From NCBI GenBank assembly GCA_002245135.1, contig NGBS01000320.1, positions 1-64,000 on the forward strand: DNA of 64,000 nt, written 5' to 3'. Each line of letters begins with the position of its first letter. The first letter of the stretch is position 1. The stretch is from Proteromonas lacertae (Eukaryota). Under the pieces are notes generated by a model. The model was not told the DNA's origin. It searched no databases and saw only the letters and a program-made list of their open reading frames with translations. Positions 14,501 to 26,086 of this stretch are shown here, piece after piece. A program made the translations under genes and the position numbers.

Positions 14501-16874
14501 TCCATAGATCAGAGTTTTTACATTATTTTCATTATATGATAAATAATCACTATAATAATCTATTTTTCTTTTTAAATTATCCATTTTTGATTTTATAATC
14601 TTTTCTTCATCTCTTTTATTCACATAATCATCAAATAAATCAATCACTTCTTCTAAAACTGGTAAAATATTGATTTTTTTATTTCTTTCAACTATGTCTT
14701 TTATAATCTTTATAATTACATGACTATTTTAGAATAATAAACAATAAACATACAATTTTGAATAGCATGATTCAGCTGATTTTTCATTCTCTTCTCCACT
14801 CATCTTAGAATAATCTGTTATATACATTAATGTTTGAATAATTGATTTTTCATCTAATTGTGTAGTTTTAATAACATTTTTGTATTTTTCATCTTTTATT
14901 TTTGGAAAATCATTAGGATATTCCTTAATATTGTTTATTCTCATTAATCTTTCAATCATTTCATTCATTATCACTTCTTTTTGAACTTTTATTATTGATT
15001 TGATTTGATTGAATAATTTATCTTTTCCTTTATTCAATCTCTCATCTTTCATTGCATTTATTAACTCTTCAATTATGGAAAGATCTTTATCACATTTTTC
15101 TAATTTCTTCGCTTTGTTTAAATATTTATCACTGAAATACTGAGCAAATGGAGAATAACCATTTTCATATTTCTCCTCTTCTTTTGTATTAGCAACACTG
15201 TCTTTACAATACTAATTCATTATATAAAATATCAATTATACATAGAGGAACTTAATTAAACAGTTTAATTCTGATTTCATTTTACTGTAATCACAATCAT
15301 CTTCAATCATTTTCATTTCAATTTCACTCAGATTCAATTCCAAATAGTCATATAAGTCTGGAAAGTCTTTTAATTCCATTCTTTTATTTATCATCTCATT
15401 TTGAAGTTCATTACTATTTCAATAAAACATATTAAATATACAATCTTTTCAAACACAGAATATGATCTTTAGTTAAATTCTTTTTATCATTTTCTATTCC
15501 TTTATAATTTACTTCATATTTCCATTTTCCACTTAATATTGATCCATAATAGCTATTTCCACTTGAGATACATTCATCCATATTCAGAGTCTTTATCATC
15601 TTTATTACTGGGTTTAACATTTTTTGTGTTTCTTCTATCACCATTCTCTGTAAATAAGGAATTCTCATTGTTCCACCAACTGGTAATATCTTTAGATTCT
15701 TTTTCATTTCATCATTCAATTTACTTTTCTGTATAAAATCTTTTATTATTTCTTTTAATCTTTCACCTAATGGAGTAATTATAGAGTTTAATTCATTAAC
15801 TGTTAAAACACCATCATAGGTTTCATCTTCTGTCAAATCGATTGATAAATTGATTGAACTTGCTCCATCAGCACTTAATTTACATTTACATTTGATTAAT
15901 TCATTCATTATCTTGTTTATTATTACTTCATCTTTTGTATTTATATCTGAAAATCCTTTCTTTATTTCATTTTCATAATGTTTAAATAACAATTCATCAA
16001 TCTTCTTTCCATTTATTTCATCACTACATAAATCATTGATAATTTCACATTTATCCTTTTCATATTTACTCATTGTCAGATTCATGTATAAATATCCAAT
16101 ATCGATTATTAATAAATATTCTACCTCTTTTTCTATCTAATAAAAATGAGTTGTTATTTTCATATCCATAACAAATACTTACACTCAAATTCTCTGGTAT
16201 TATACTCAATAAATTCATATTTAATCGATTACATAATATCTTTATTATATCTTTCTCTAATTCACCATAACTGTTTGGAATAGATATTATTAATGGCATT
16301 GGATCTTTCTCTTCTTCTTTACTTAATTCATACTCTTTTATATATCTCTTGAATTTTGGATAAAAACATCATATATAAATGTTCTATACTCAATTTATCT
16401 TCTTTTATCTATTCAACAACATATTATTAATTATATATTCATACATTAAATATTATTCCATTTCCTTCCATTCTCTCTACATTCTTCTTTTTTAATCTCA
16501 AGTCATTTTTCAAAGTCCAAATCATCATATTTCTTTCCCAATAAATTCCTTTATACTCGTTATTGGAGTATTTAACATCTCGTCGAGACTATGTCATTAA
16601 ATACCAAAAATCAAATACAGGAGTTAAAAGCTTTTTGACCAATCATCCTCTTTACCTAAATTGCCTTCTAAAAATACAATTCCACATCTATTATTTATAT
16701 CAAATAAAAATACGGCAGAGATTTCTCACCTAAATCAGTTTCATATAGTTTATATCCCTCAGTAGGTGAATATGATGTGGTTGTGATTTTATATCCTCCT
16801 AAATCAACACCATATACCTTATCAATCTTTGCTAGACATAAAAAGTGACTTTTCTAAACTTTACAGTATGACAT
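11518..16874 (-). CDS. Divergent Hsp70/Hsp110-type ATPase domain, helical linker and about 12 tandem Tudor/SH3-like repeats (several indels)
   Basis: N-terminal VYGVDLGG (~16820), then KLSADGA, ILPVGGTMRIPYLQ and TLNMDECISSG, all Hsp70/110 NBD motifs. Exons connect through short introns into repeats such as YRIGMTVSANYGKNFYKGKI...YGILYDDND and GIINGINADGSYNITYEDGGYDFNV. The last repeat lies past a frameshift near 11730 and ends at 11518. Confidence 0.7.
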
Positions 16875-17354
16875 TTTCGCTTAATAATTATATCAAAATG
16901 GAATATGTGTTATTCATGTCTATCAATATATATTATTGATAAAGCAAATAAGATTAAGATCATTTTTGATAGTATTTACACAGAAGTTAAAGTGATGTAA
17001 AAATATATAAAATATGCTATGATGTACATTATGACTATTTTTCTGCTCATAAACCTCTATTTCGCTATAATGTTTTCATCTGAAGATACTTCGATTATTG
17101 TGAATGATTTGAATAATAAAGCACTTGATCATAACATTTACTTTACTAACACTCATCAATTCATCCATGTAGACTACTTTAGTGAAATATGAATAATTTA
17201 ATTTCAATATCCTCCAAATATATATTTCATTACTCTTTCATTCAAATCAACTTCTTCATAACTGCATAAAATCTAAATTGAATGAGAAAAGAAGAGTTTT
17301 TCATTCAAACTTAAGCTTGAAATTTTGAATTTTTTGAAAAACGTTTGTTGCTCA

Positions 17355-19271
17355 ATGTCATCAAATATGGTATAAATTAGTATTTTTATATTCTTAGATT
17401 CCAGGATCAAGTGGTATGATTTTATATTTTTGATATATAGCTGGTGGAACTGTAATTCGTCCATCAACTGGTAATCGTGTTTCTACTGCTCAAAGATTAA
17501 GCACAGCTCAAAGACAGCAAGGTATAATAACAGAATATTATAATGATATAGCCAATCTATCTACAGTTGGTCTTACAACTGAAATGAAAGTGCCAACTAC
17601 AGCAATAAACAAAGAAGTATGAATTTATTGTCATAAAATAGGGTTTGAGAAGTATGCCATCATCATCAGGTCCAGGAAGACAAATCAGTGATTTATCATA
17701 CTTTGAAGCAAAAACTCGTGAAAAAGAACAAGGAAATAGCTGATGAAATTCAACACATAAAAGAAGAACAAGAGAAGATAGATAAAGATAATGAAGCATT
17801 TAACCAATGTCAAACAGAATATGAGTCATTAATGAAAGAAGTGAGAGATTTAGAAGGATGTTTAGCAGATTATAACTTAGCTAGTGATAAAGCCAGAAAT
17901 CAGTATAATTAATCAAAATTTAGTTATATATAATAGTACTCCAGTTGGTGATTTAGTCGCATATGCGAAGATGTTAAGTGATAGGAAACAAACAAGCTGA
18001 ACAAGATGCTGATAATATATTTATGCAGAGAAAAGAGATTGAATCAGAAATAGCTCATATGGATGAAGAAGTTGATAAAATCACTCAAAACTTAGAAGTT
18101 CAATTAAACAAACTAGATCCAACAGCTCATGGTAAATATATGAGTTTACAGAAAGAAAAGAAACGATTAATTGAAATGACTGAAGATCGATCAAACCAAC
18201 TAAGTCAATATAATCAACAAATCTATGAGTTAGACAGACAAAGTCAAAAGTGATATTTATTTAAATCAATTCTTAGACAGTGAAAAAGAATTTAAGAAAT
18301 TATCAGTAGAAAGAGATGAATTAGAAGAAGAATTAAAGATTTATAAAATGGATGAAAATGAAGCAAAATCTTACTTAACAGAAAAAGCAAAAGAATTAAA
18401 AAAGAGAAGTCAAAATATTGATGATGAAATTGATTCAATCACATCAGAAACTGAAAAGATTCGAGCTGATTTAAATCGTTCAAAAAACAGTAATGAAGAT
18501 AATGATATGGAAAAATTAGAAGTATTAAAATCTCGAGAAAATGATATGAATGAATTTATCAATTCATTTGATATAAAACGTAAGAAGGAAGTGGAAGACC
18601 AACAAATGTTACAGGAGACTATTGTGTGTTTATTGAGTCATATCTCAAAGAATATATCCGCTAAAGAGAATTTACCATCAAGAGAACAATATGAGAAAGA
18701 TAAAAACGATTATGACCATAAGAAAAATGAAAAAGAACAAGCTGAAGAGACAGTAAGAAAGTTACAACAACAATTGGAGAAACAGAAGAAAGATTTTGGT
18801 AAGATGAAGGATTTAGATGTAAGAATTGGAGGTGAAATAACTTCAATAAAAGAGAAAATAGAGTATATATTATTATATATATATATATATTATAAAAATA
18901 GAAAAATGAAGAAAGAGATAGTAATATTTGATGATATAGAAGGATTAAAAAAATCAGCAGCTGAAACAAAAATCTATTTAACGAAACTGAAAGAAGAATA
19001 TGAGAGAAGAGAAACTCATTTGAAAGAGATGACTGAAAGACTTAGTAGAGAGAATAGTTCATTAAAGTCACAATTGAAAGATCTTAAAGCTGATCAAGAT
19101 CTTCAAGTTATATTGAAGAAAATAAGAGATAGAGAACAGAGTGTATTTAATATGAGTGAAACAATTGAGAGAACGTTGAAAGCTACTAATTATGCTGAAT
19201 TGAAGAAGAAATGTATGGAATTTGTAGGAAAGATAAACCAAGAGAATATTAATATTCAACTTGGTGTATAA
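17355..19271 (+). CDS. IFT74: Intraflagellar transport protein 74 (IFT-B)
   Basis: Spliced N-terminus with a basic RPSTG/RLSTA tail, then GPGRQISDLSYFEAK and EVRDLEGCLADYNLASDK, matching IFT74 (RQILDKSYY...IKELQGQLADYN). Also IVCLLSHISKNI..LPS and C-terminal NYAELK. Introns of about 25-30 nt; single-base indels near 17720 and 17975. Confidence 0.88.
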
Positions 19272-19297
19272 GAATAAAAATTAACTATATTTAAAAT

Positions 19298-19305
19298 TGT
19301 TTGTT
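19298..19305 (+). terminator. TGTTTGTT candidate polyadenylation element downstream of IFT74
   Basis: Begins 27 nt after the stop. The same octamer follows four other genes in sense orientation. Confidence 0.55.
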
Positions 19306-19339
19306 TTTTGGTGATGATTAACACTTCTATAATAAAGTA

Positions 19340-20670
19340 ATTGGTATTGCGCAAAAATTATTTTGATATTATCATTTCTACCTTTAGCATAAAAAACCAT
19401 GTATCATTCTTCCTTTTTCACATTATAATCCTATATAAATGTTGTTAATTTCTTGTTTGTTGGTTTTGAAACCTATGTTGTTCCCCGTATGGCGGAAATC
19501 CCCGTATGGCGGAACTCTATATTACAGAATGATTCAATCAAAACTAATATAATATTCATGATGTTCGGAGTTAGTTATTAACAAATATATAGTTAGTTTG
19601 TCATATGACCTACATCTGTGATATACTTTTTTATGAACTTCATTATTCTCAATATTAAACTAATTTTTGAATATTTTCTATTTTAATGTATCAGTGACTA
19701 CTACAGTCTAAAATACATTATCTGATATGAATAGAATTCACTATTTTTAATGTTAAGGCGGTTAAAAAAGAAAAAAGAAAAAATAAGTTCAAGCCTCACT
19801 CAAGCCTGCTCTTTAATTTCCTTTTTTATTACCTTAACATTAAAAATAATATATTCTATTCATATCAGATAATGTATTTTAGACTGTAGTAGTCACTGAT
19901 ACATTAAAATAGAAAATATTCTAAAATTAGTTTAATATTGAGAATAATAAAGTTCATAAAAAAGTATATCACAGATGTAGGTCATATGACAAACTAACTA
20001 TATATTTGTTAATAACTAACTCCGAACATCATGAATATCATATTAGTTTTGATTGAATCATTCTGCAATATAGATTTCCGCCATACGGGGATTTCAGCCA
20101 TACGGGGAACAACAACCTATATTAATCTCTTCAAATGGTTCTTCTGCACCACATGCCTTTATTACAGTCCAACAACAACCAATTACATATTCATCTGCAT
20201 CTAAATGTAATATCATCTTATCACTTGTTTCTAATCATCATAACTTTCATATTTTGTACATATTGATTTTATTAACTTATTATTATGATTTTCTCTACAA
20301 TATTCAACTATAACTGCCTTTGGAAATGTTATTACTTTAGTTTCTTCTTTTTTTTTTATTGATATTACTATGTAATAATATTACTAGAAAAATAAAAAGT
20401 AACAATTTTTAATTAAAACAAATGTGATTATATATTTAGTATGTAATACTGTCAGGTAGACAAACTAAGCACAACATCTTCATAATAAAATAATGCATTA
20501 TTATCAACATAAGTAACTATCTTTGTATTTTTTATTGTACCATTGTTTATTTTACATACTCATTTGAAAATATTATTGTAGTCTTTTATATTAATATCAA
20601 TAACATCTCCTTCATCTAAATCTTCAATTAAAAACTCTCTGTTTAAATTATCCTTTACTAAAATCTGCAT
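19340..20670 (-). pseudogene. Decayed gene with a ubiquitin-like N-terminus and jacalin-like lectin segments, interrupted by a transposon
   Basis: ATG at 20670 gives MQILVKDNLNREFLIEDLD. Downstream fragments read LIKSICTKY, MILHLDADEYVIGCC, INIGFKTNKQ (frame restored when the element and one TSD copy are removed) and EKGRMIHGF. Multiple stops and frameshifts. Confidence 0.45.
19476..20114. mobile_element. Non-autonomous foldback/MITE-like DNA transposon (639 bp) with long terminal inverted repeats and a TSD
   Basis: Arms 19476-19758 and 19832-20114 are reverse complements (about 9 mismatches counted by eye). Ends are TGTTGTTCCCC...GGGGAACAACA. Flanking direct repeat ACCTA at 19471-19475 and 20115-20119. 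Each end has two tandem CCCCGTATGGC(G/T)GAA subterminal repeats. No ORF. Confidence 0.93.
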
Positions 20671-20972
20671 TAACTTCAATATCCATTGACTGAGACTGTA
20701 TATTTATCTTAACAACACCAGCTTTATAATTTGTTACATAATTTGATATGTGCTTTTATAAACATACAGTTATTCTTAATATTCATGGTAAATTTTCGAC
20801 TTTATTTAATTCGTTGTTTTATCATATCTAATTAGCGAAAATATAAAAATTAAAAAATTAAATAATTTGATATTGGTTTGATCCTTATTCAAACATAATC
20901 AAACCTATACCAAAAAGATTCTTTTGTTTATATTCCCTTGCACCACTCAATTATTACAAAACAAGTATATAA

Positions 20973-22344
20973 ATGGAATTTTCAATTGAAAAAGAAGAAA
21001 TAGAGAAGAGAAAATGCTTTATAAAGAAATGATTTCAAAGATATCTCAATACCTGATCATTTAATACCAACATTACCAACAACACAAGGTACAAAATGCG
21101 ATAAAGGTATTTGTTATGTTGAACTAATGTTCAGTCACATAAATGACCTGTTATTACAAAAGAAGCTGATTACACATCCTGTGAAATTTTCTATTCATCA
21201 TGTTATTCAACATATATTCAATTTCTCTGATAAGCCTGATAATAGACTTCACTGTAAAGCAGAGTTTCCTTTACAAATCGAAATAACACAGTTGAATAGT
21301 TATTTAGCGAGTGGAAGTGGGCCTGTGTTATATGAAGATGATCCTGCAGAGATAACAATCGAATCTTTACTCTCAAATAATGACAAATATACTGATAAAC
21401 AAATTCAAGTACCATATTTATTAGGAACAATTGGTAATACAACATGTTATTATAGTATAATAGATAGAATCAAAGAATTATTAACCAAATATCCCTCATT
21501 ATTAGGAGATGTATATATGTCGCCTGAAGGTATTAACAAAGAAAATAAATCATATTTTTATGATACTGTTTTTGACATGGATTGTGCAGTGAGCAATTCT
21601 CCAGCTCATGCTATAAAAGTAATTGGTTATGATGATAATTATTCAAGAGATAACTTCAATAAAACCGAAATTGGACCTGATGTAGATGGTGCTGTATTAG
21701 CTGAAATACATTTCATAGAAGGAATATCATATTTATGGATAAGTTATGATACTATGGAATTAATGCGTTTAATATATGTTACAGATATATCATTAAATAC
21801 AAATACATATAATGTATATGAATATGATATAATTGGTCCAACGAATTACATTGCTACCCCAGAAAAAGAAGATATAGTGGTAGAAGAAAAACGTAGTTAT
21901 GATATACGAACAGCGAGTATGAAGAATGTATTTAAAACCAAGAATCCTGGTAAAGAATATTTAGAATATATAAAATTCATGCTATCTGTTCCAAGTGATC
22001 CTGAAATAACAGTAATGGATGGAGATGAAGTTGTTTATCACTATTTATCTGGAGATTATGAATTAAGAAATAAGAATTTTCCAAATTTAGAACATTATTT
22101 ACCACATGGATATCATTCATTTAAATTAGAAAAGCCTATTTTACTTACATGTGAATCCTTTTCAATTAAAATAACTCTTCATGGATTTTCAACTGCTTTA
22201 TTTACAGATAAAATAAAACATAATACTCCAAATATTTGTTACATAAATGGAATTGATATAACTAATGAAGGAATAGAAGCAGAAGATGGCGATGTAATTG
22301 AAGGTCATTGTTGTATAAAAGCATTAACTATTACTAAATTGTAA
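20973..22344 (+). CDS. Prokaryote-type C1A cysteine peptidase-like protein with a C-terminal lectin-like domain, intronless
   Basis: In-frame upstream of ORF 21127 is TQGTKCDKGICY (Gln and Cys region). Then HAIKVIGYDDNYSRDNF, DGAVL, YLWISYD, VYEYDIIG, GYHSFKLEKPILL and HCCIKALT, paralleling bacterial/archaeal C1 peptidase-lectin proteins. The probable ATG at 20973 needs a frameshift near 21020. Confidence 0.7.
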
Positions 22345-22432
22345 TTAAAATAGAATATATTTTTTATTTTATTTATTTATTTTACCATATTAATCAAAAA
22401 AAAAACTACAAATAAAAATGAAATAAAGTATG

Positions 22433-23890
22433 TTATTCTTTTTTACTTACATGCTTTTCAATTAATTCTAATTGAGTCTTTGTAGTTCTACAACTAACAG
22501 TTGGAATTATACTTTTATAATGTATTTTATTTAAAAATTCAATTAATTCAGGGAATGAACTATGTTCACTATAAGGTAATTCATAACAAATCACTCTATC
22601 ACCACAACAACATTTCATGTTAAAAATATTTTTATTATTTTTATCATAACACCAGCCAGTAGGTGCAAATCCTATTATTTTATCATATTTCTTTACATAT
22701 TGAGACATTTTCATTAATCCATTCATTCCTACATTATTCATAGAAGTTACTCTACAATTAGTAGAGTTTATATCTGTTGTAAAAAGGTTAAATATTTCTT
22801 TAGGTAAATTGAATGATTTTATTGTGTCATATCTCCATTTATTCACATACATTTTCACATTATATTCTTTCATTATATCTAAGTATCTATTTATAATTAT
22901 TTAAATAAATACATACATTTTCTCTTTACCAATAGTATAACTACCAAATAATATTAAACATTTATTATCTTTATAATGTTTTTGAAATAGAGTTTTCGCT
23001 ATTTTCACTATCTCTTCTTGTGATGGAAATTCATATTCAGGATTTAAATATGTTGTATCTAAATACAATTTATCAATTACTTTATCTTTAGTAAAAGGTA
23101 ATAGAAATGGATTTTCTAACATTGATGGAGTATATCTAAAATCACCTGTGTGTAGTATATACCTATCATCAGGTAGTTTAAATAGAAATAACAATGAACC
23201 TGGACAATGATTAGCATCTAGACATACTACTTCAATATTATCTATTATATATTTTTTATTTAGTAGTAATGGTTGTAAACAACTGTAAGGAACATTTAAC
23301 TTTTTTTCCACTAGTTTGGAGGTAATTGAAGAACAATAGATTGTTCCATACTGAAAATTTCCAGTTAATGAACCATAATGATCTGAATGGAAATGACTAA
23401 GGAAATAATGTTTATATAATTCACTACAGTAACCAAAACCATCCACTATAAAGTCACATCCTGGCATTTTCTTTACTGATGGAGCTGTTTTGTGTTTTAT
23501 TTGTTTATTACCTCGCTGTATTTTAGTAGGTGGTTGTGATGCAGTTGTAGAGGTGGTAGTTGAAAAAAAATCAGTGATTTTTCGTTTTTCACATAATCGA
23601 GTACTTTGGTTAGGATTTGGAGTTACTGCTTTTGTATTGAAATAATTTAAAATAGATACTGGACTTGAAAATGATTTTGCTGGTTTCTGTGGAATAGTTG
23701 TCATTAATTTCATTTTTTGCTGCAACTACGTTGGAAAATTATTTATGAAAAATACATCTAGACATTGATTCACATGATATTCTTTTTCTTTATCAGTAAA
23801 CATCATTATCTACAATATATCACATAAACATCATACAGATCTACCACAAACCTGACATCTGCTAATAATATCTGATTTTAATTTACTCAT
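22433..23890 (-). CDS. DCLRE1A: DNA cross-link repair nuclease SNM1/PSO2 (metallo-beta-lactamase/beta-CASP) with N-terminal UBZ zinc finger
   Basis: FIVDGF, YFLSHFHSDHYG, DANHCPGS, LHTGDFR, LYLDTTY, YTIGKE, PTGW, LPYSEHSSFPEL and IIPTV. N-terminal CQVC...HVNQCLD. Confidence 0.92.
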
Positions 23891-24032
23891 GTTTTTTAGA
23901 ACGCTAGAAATCATAAAAAGGAGGTAATTTTCAAATTCAAAATTTTTCGCTCCAAAACTCACTATATTTTTATTATTCAATTAATTCCACCAATTTAAAC
24001 AATATATAATAAATATTATTAAATATAGATGA

Positions 24033-25100
24033 TTAACTTAATTTGTGATAGTTGTCTTTTATAAACAAAGTAATATTTGTATGATTTATATCTTCTACAT
24101 TATAAGAAGGTATAATCTTTAACCAAAATGTTTGACAAGAATATCTTGCACCTTGTAATTCATTAGTAACATATATTTCCCAAATCAAATGATTTAACAA
24201 TCCTTTTGCTTGTAATTCCATTTGCATTATATGTAGCGATGTTATTATTCGAGTAATTCTCAAATAGTTATGAGTCCTATTTAATAAATTACTATATCTC
24301 TCTTTATATCTCTCAGAACGTTTCACTATTCTATCGTTTCTATATAATAAATGAATAAAATAATATACTTATCCCATTTCATCCCATAAAAATCCAACAT
24401 CATTTCAAAAGCTTTATGCATTCTGTTAATACACTCTTCATGCGTTCTAAGATCTAAAAATCATAAATAATAACATATAATCATACATCTTGCTTCTTCA
24501 TCTTTTAAAGGAGGACAAATACAGTTTTGACCTTGTGAAAACATAGGAAATAGCCATTGAATGTATCCATGATTAGTCTCAAGTCTTCTATAATCTCCAA
24601 ACCAATGCGTTATAATTGTATCGATTTTATCACCCATTGGTTCACATTTTATTTGATTTAGATAGAATTTTATTAACTGTGATCTTTGAATTAAATTAAC
24701 TGGAGTTTTAGCAAATGTGGCTGGGAATGTTGAATTTGTTTCAACAGAACGAGGTGATCTAAATTGATCATTCTTTTTATTTGTCGAGTAAGTAGGATTT
24801 ATTGCGTGTTTAGGAGGAATAACTACAGTTGGCACTGGCTTTAATATTTCATTGGTAAGAACATTAGCAGGAAACTGTTTTCTATTTGTAACTATTGGAG
24901 ATATTTGTACTGGTTTTGGTGATGATGAATAAAGAGCAGAATTAGATGGGAAGCAATTATCTATGATTATTATTCAGAAGAATCAAAATACTTGTCTGAT
25001 AACTATAACTTGGCTGTGAAAAATACGCATTCTCACCTACATTATTAATCTTTTTTGTTAAATCTATTCCTACTTTACCAAACACAGTAGAAGTTCGCAT
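24033..25100 (-). CDS. Opioid growth factor receptor (OGFr) conserved-domain protein
   Basis: WFGDYRRLETNHGYIQWLFP, MLDFYG in the exon at 24370-24450, and HNYLRITRIITSL. Low-complexity N-terminus; the start position is approximate. Confidence 0.85.
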
Positions 25101-25154
25101 ATTTATAAAAAGATTTTGAAACGGTTTGACAAATATTTGTCCTTCAATAGTTAC

Positions 25155-25162
25155 AACAAACA
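25155..25162 (-). terminator. TGTTTGTT candidate polyadenylation element
   Basis: AACAAACA on the + strand, about 45 nt downstream of the minus-strand stop at 25207. Confidence 0.5.
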
Positions 25163-25206
25163 TATATTGTAGTTAAATAATATATAGATATTTTCAATAT
25201 TATTAA

Positions 25207-25718
25207 TCAGTGTAAAGAAAAATCAAAATCTTCTAAACTATCAGATAAAGCTGTTTGTAATTCATCAGAAGTTATATAAAAACTTTTGAATCTTCCTCTT
25301 GAATCTCTTCGTGGATGTTTGAATGTTGGTATTCTTTCCAAAAATTTTAAATTGGATCTAGTTGCAGGGGACAAATCTTTATATTCATCCAGATTTTCTT
25401 TTTTATCATCATCATTTCTTTTCTATGATATATATATATGTACAATAATACTCTTTTAATTGCTTTCTCGTTAGATTGAGGTGTATCTTCTTTGGAAGAC
25501 TTACTTAATGAATATGTATCTATTGAATTATTTGCTATCATTATAATATCCTAATATTTTATACCTGATTCTTCATGAGTTACCTCTTGATCTTTTTCTT
25601 TCAAAACTTCTTTTTTATCATCTACATTTTCATTCATATTAATTTTAACTTCATCCCCTTTTTCATTGCTATTCTTTTCAGATTCTTTGCCTTCTTCTAC
25701 ATGCTTTTTATCGTCCAT
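25207..25718 (-). CDS. Small acidic hypothetical protein, multi-exon
   Basis: ATG at 25718 (MDDKKHVEEGKESEK), short introns, ends ...ELQTALSDSLEDFDFSLH*. TGTTTGTT lies about 45 nt downstream. Confidence 0.55.
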
Positions 25719-26086
25719 TTTATTACTAAAATATAGTCGTTACATTTATTTTGAAATTTTATTTTGTAATTATAACATTATTAGTAGAATAATATGTATT
25801 AGTTTAAGTCACCGCAAGTTAGTTATGAGATTTATTCCGTAAACATATTCTTATATATGTAAATACTTTACTTTTATTATAATTATTATATCTACATGAA
25901 TATAAAGAATAAGGTGAATGGTTATTAGAATGATTTTGATAATACAGTGGCTGATGTATTTATGAAATTTGCTGATATATAAGCATATTAAACGTTTTAA
26001 TAGATTATAATAAACTATACTGTAGATTTATCTATAGATCATTAATTAAATGGGGAAAAAAACAAGTAAAAGAAATAAAATTCACT

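Noticed and set aside
19483..19516. CRISPR-like or iteron repeats (CCCCGTATGGCGGAA x2)
   Set aside because: Only two adjacent copies per end with no spacers. They are subterminal repeats of the transposon.
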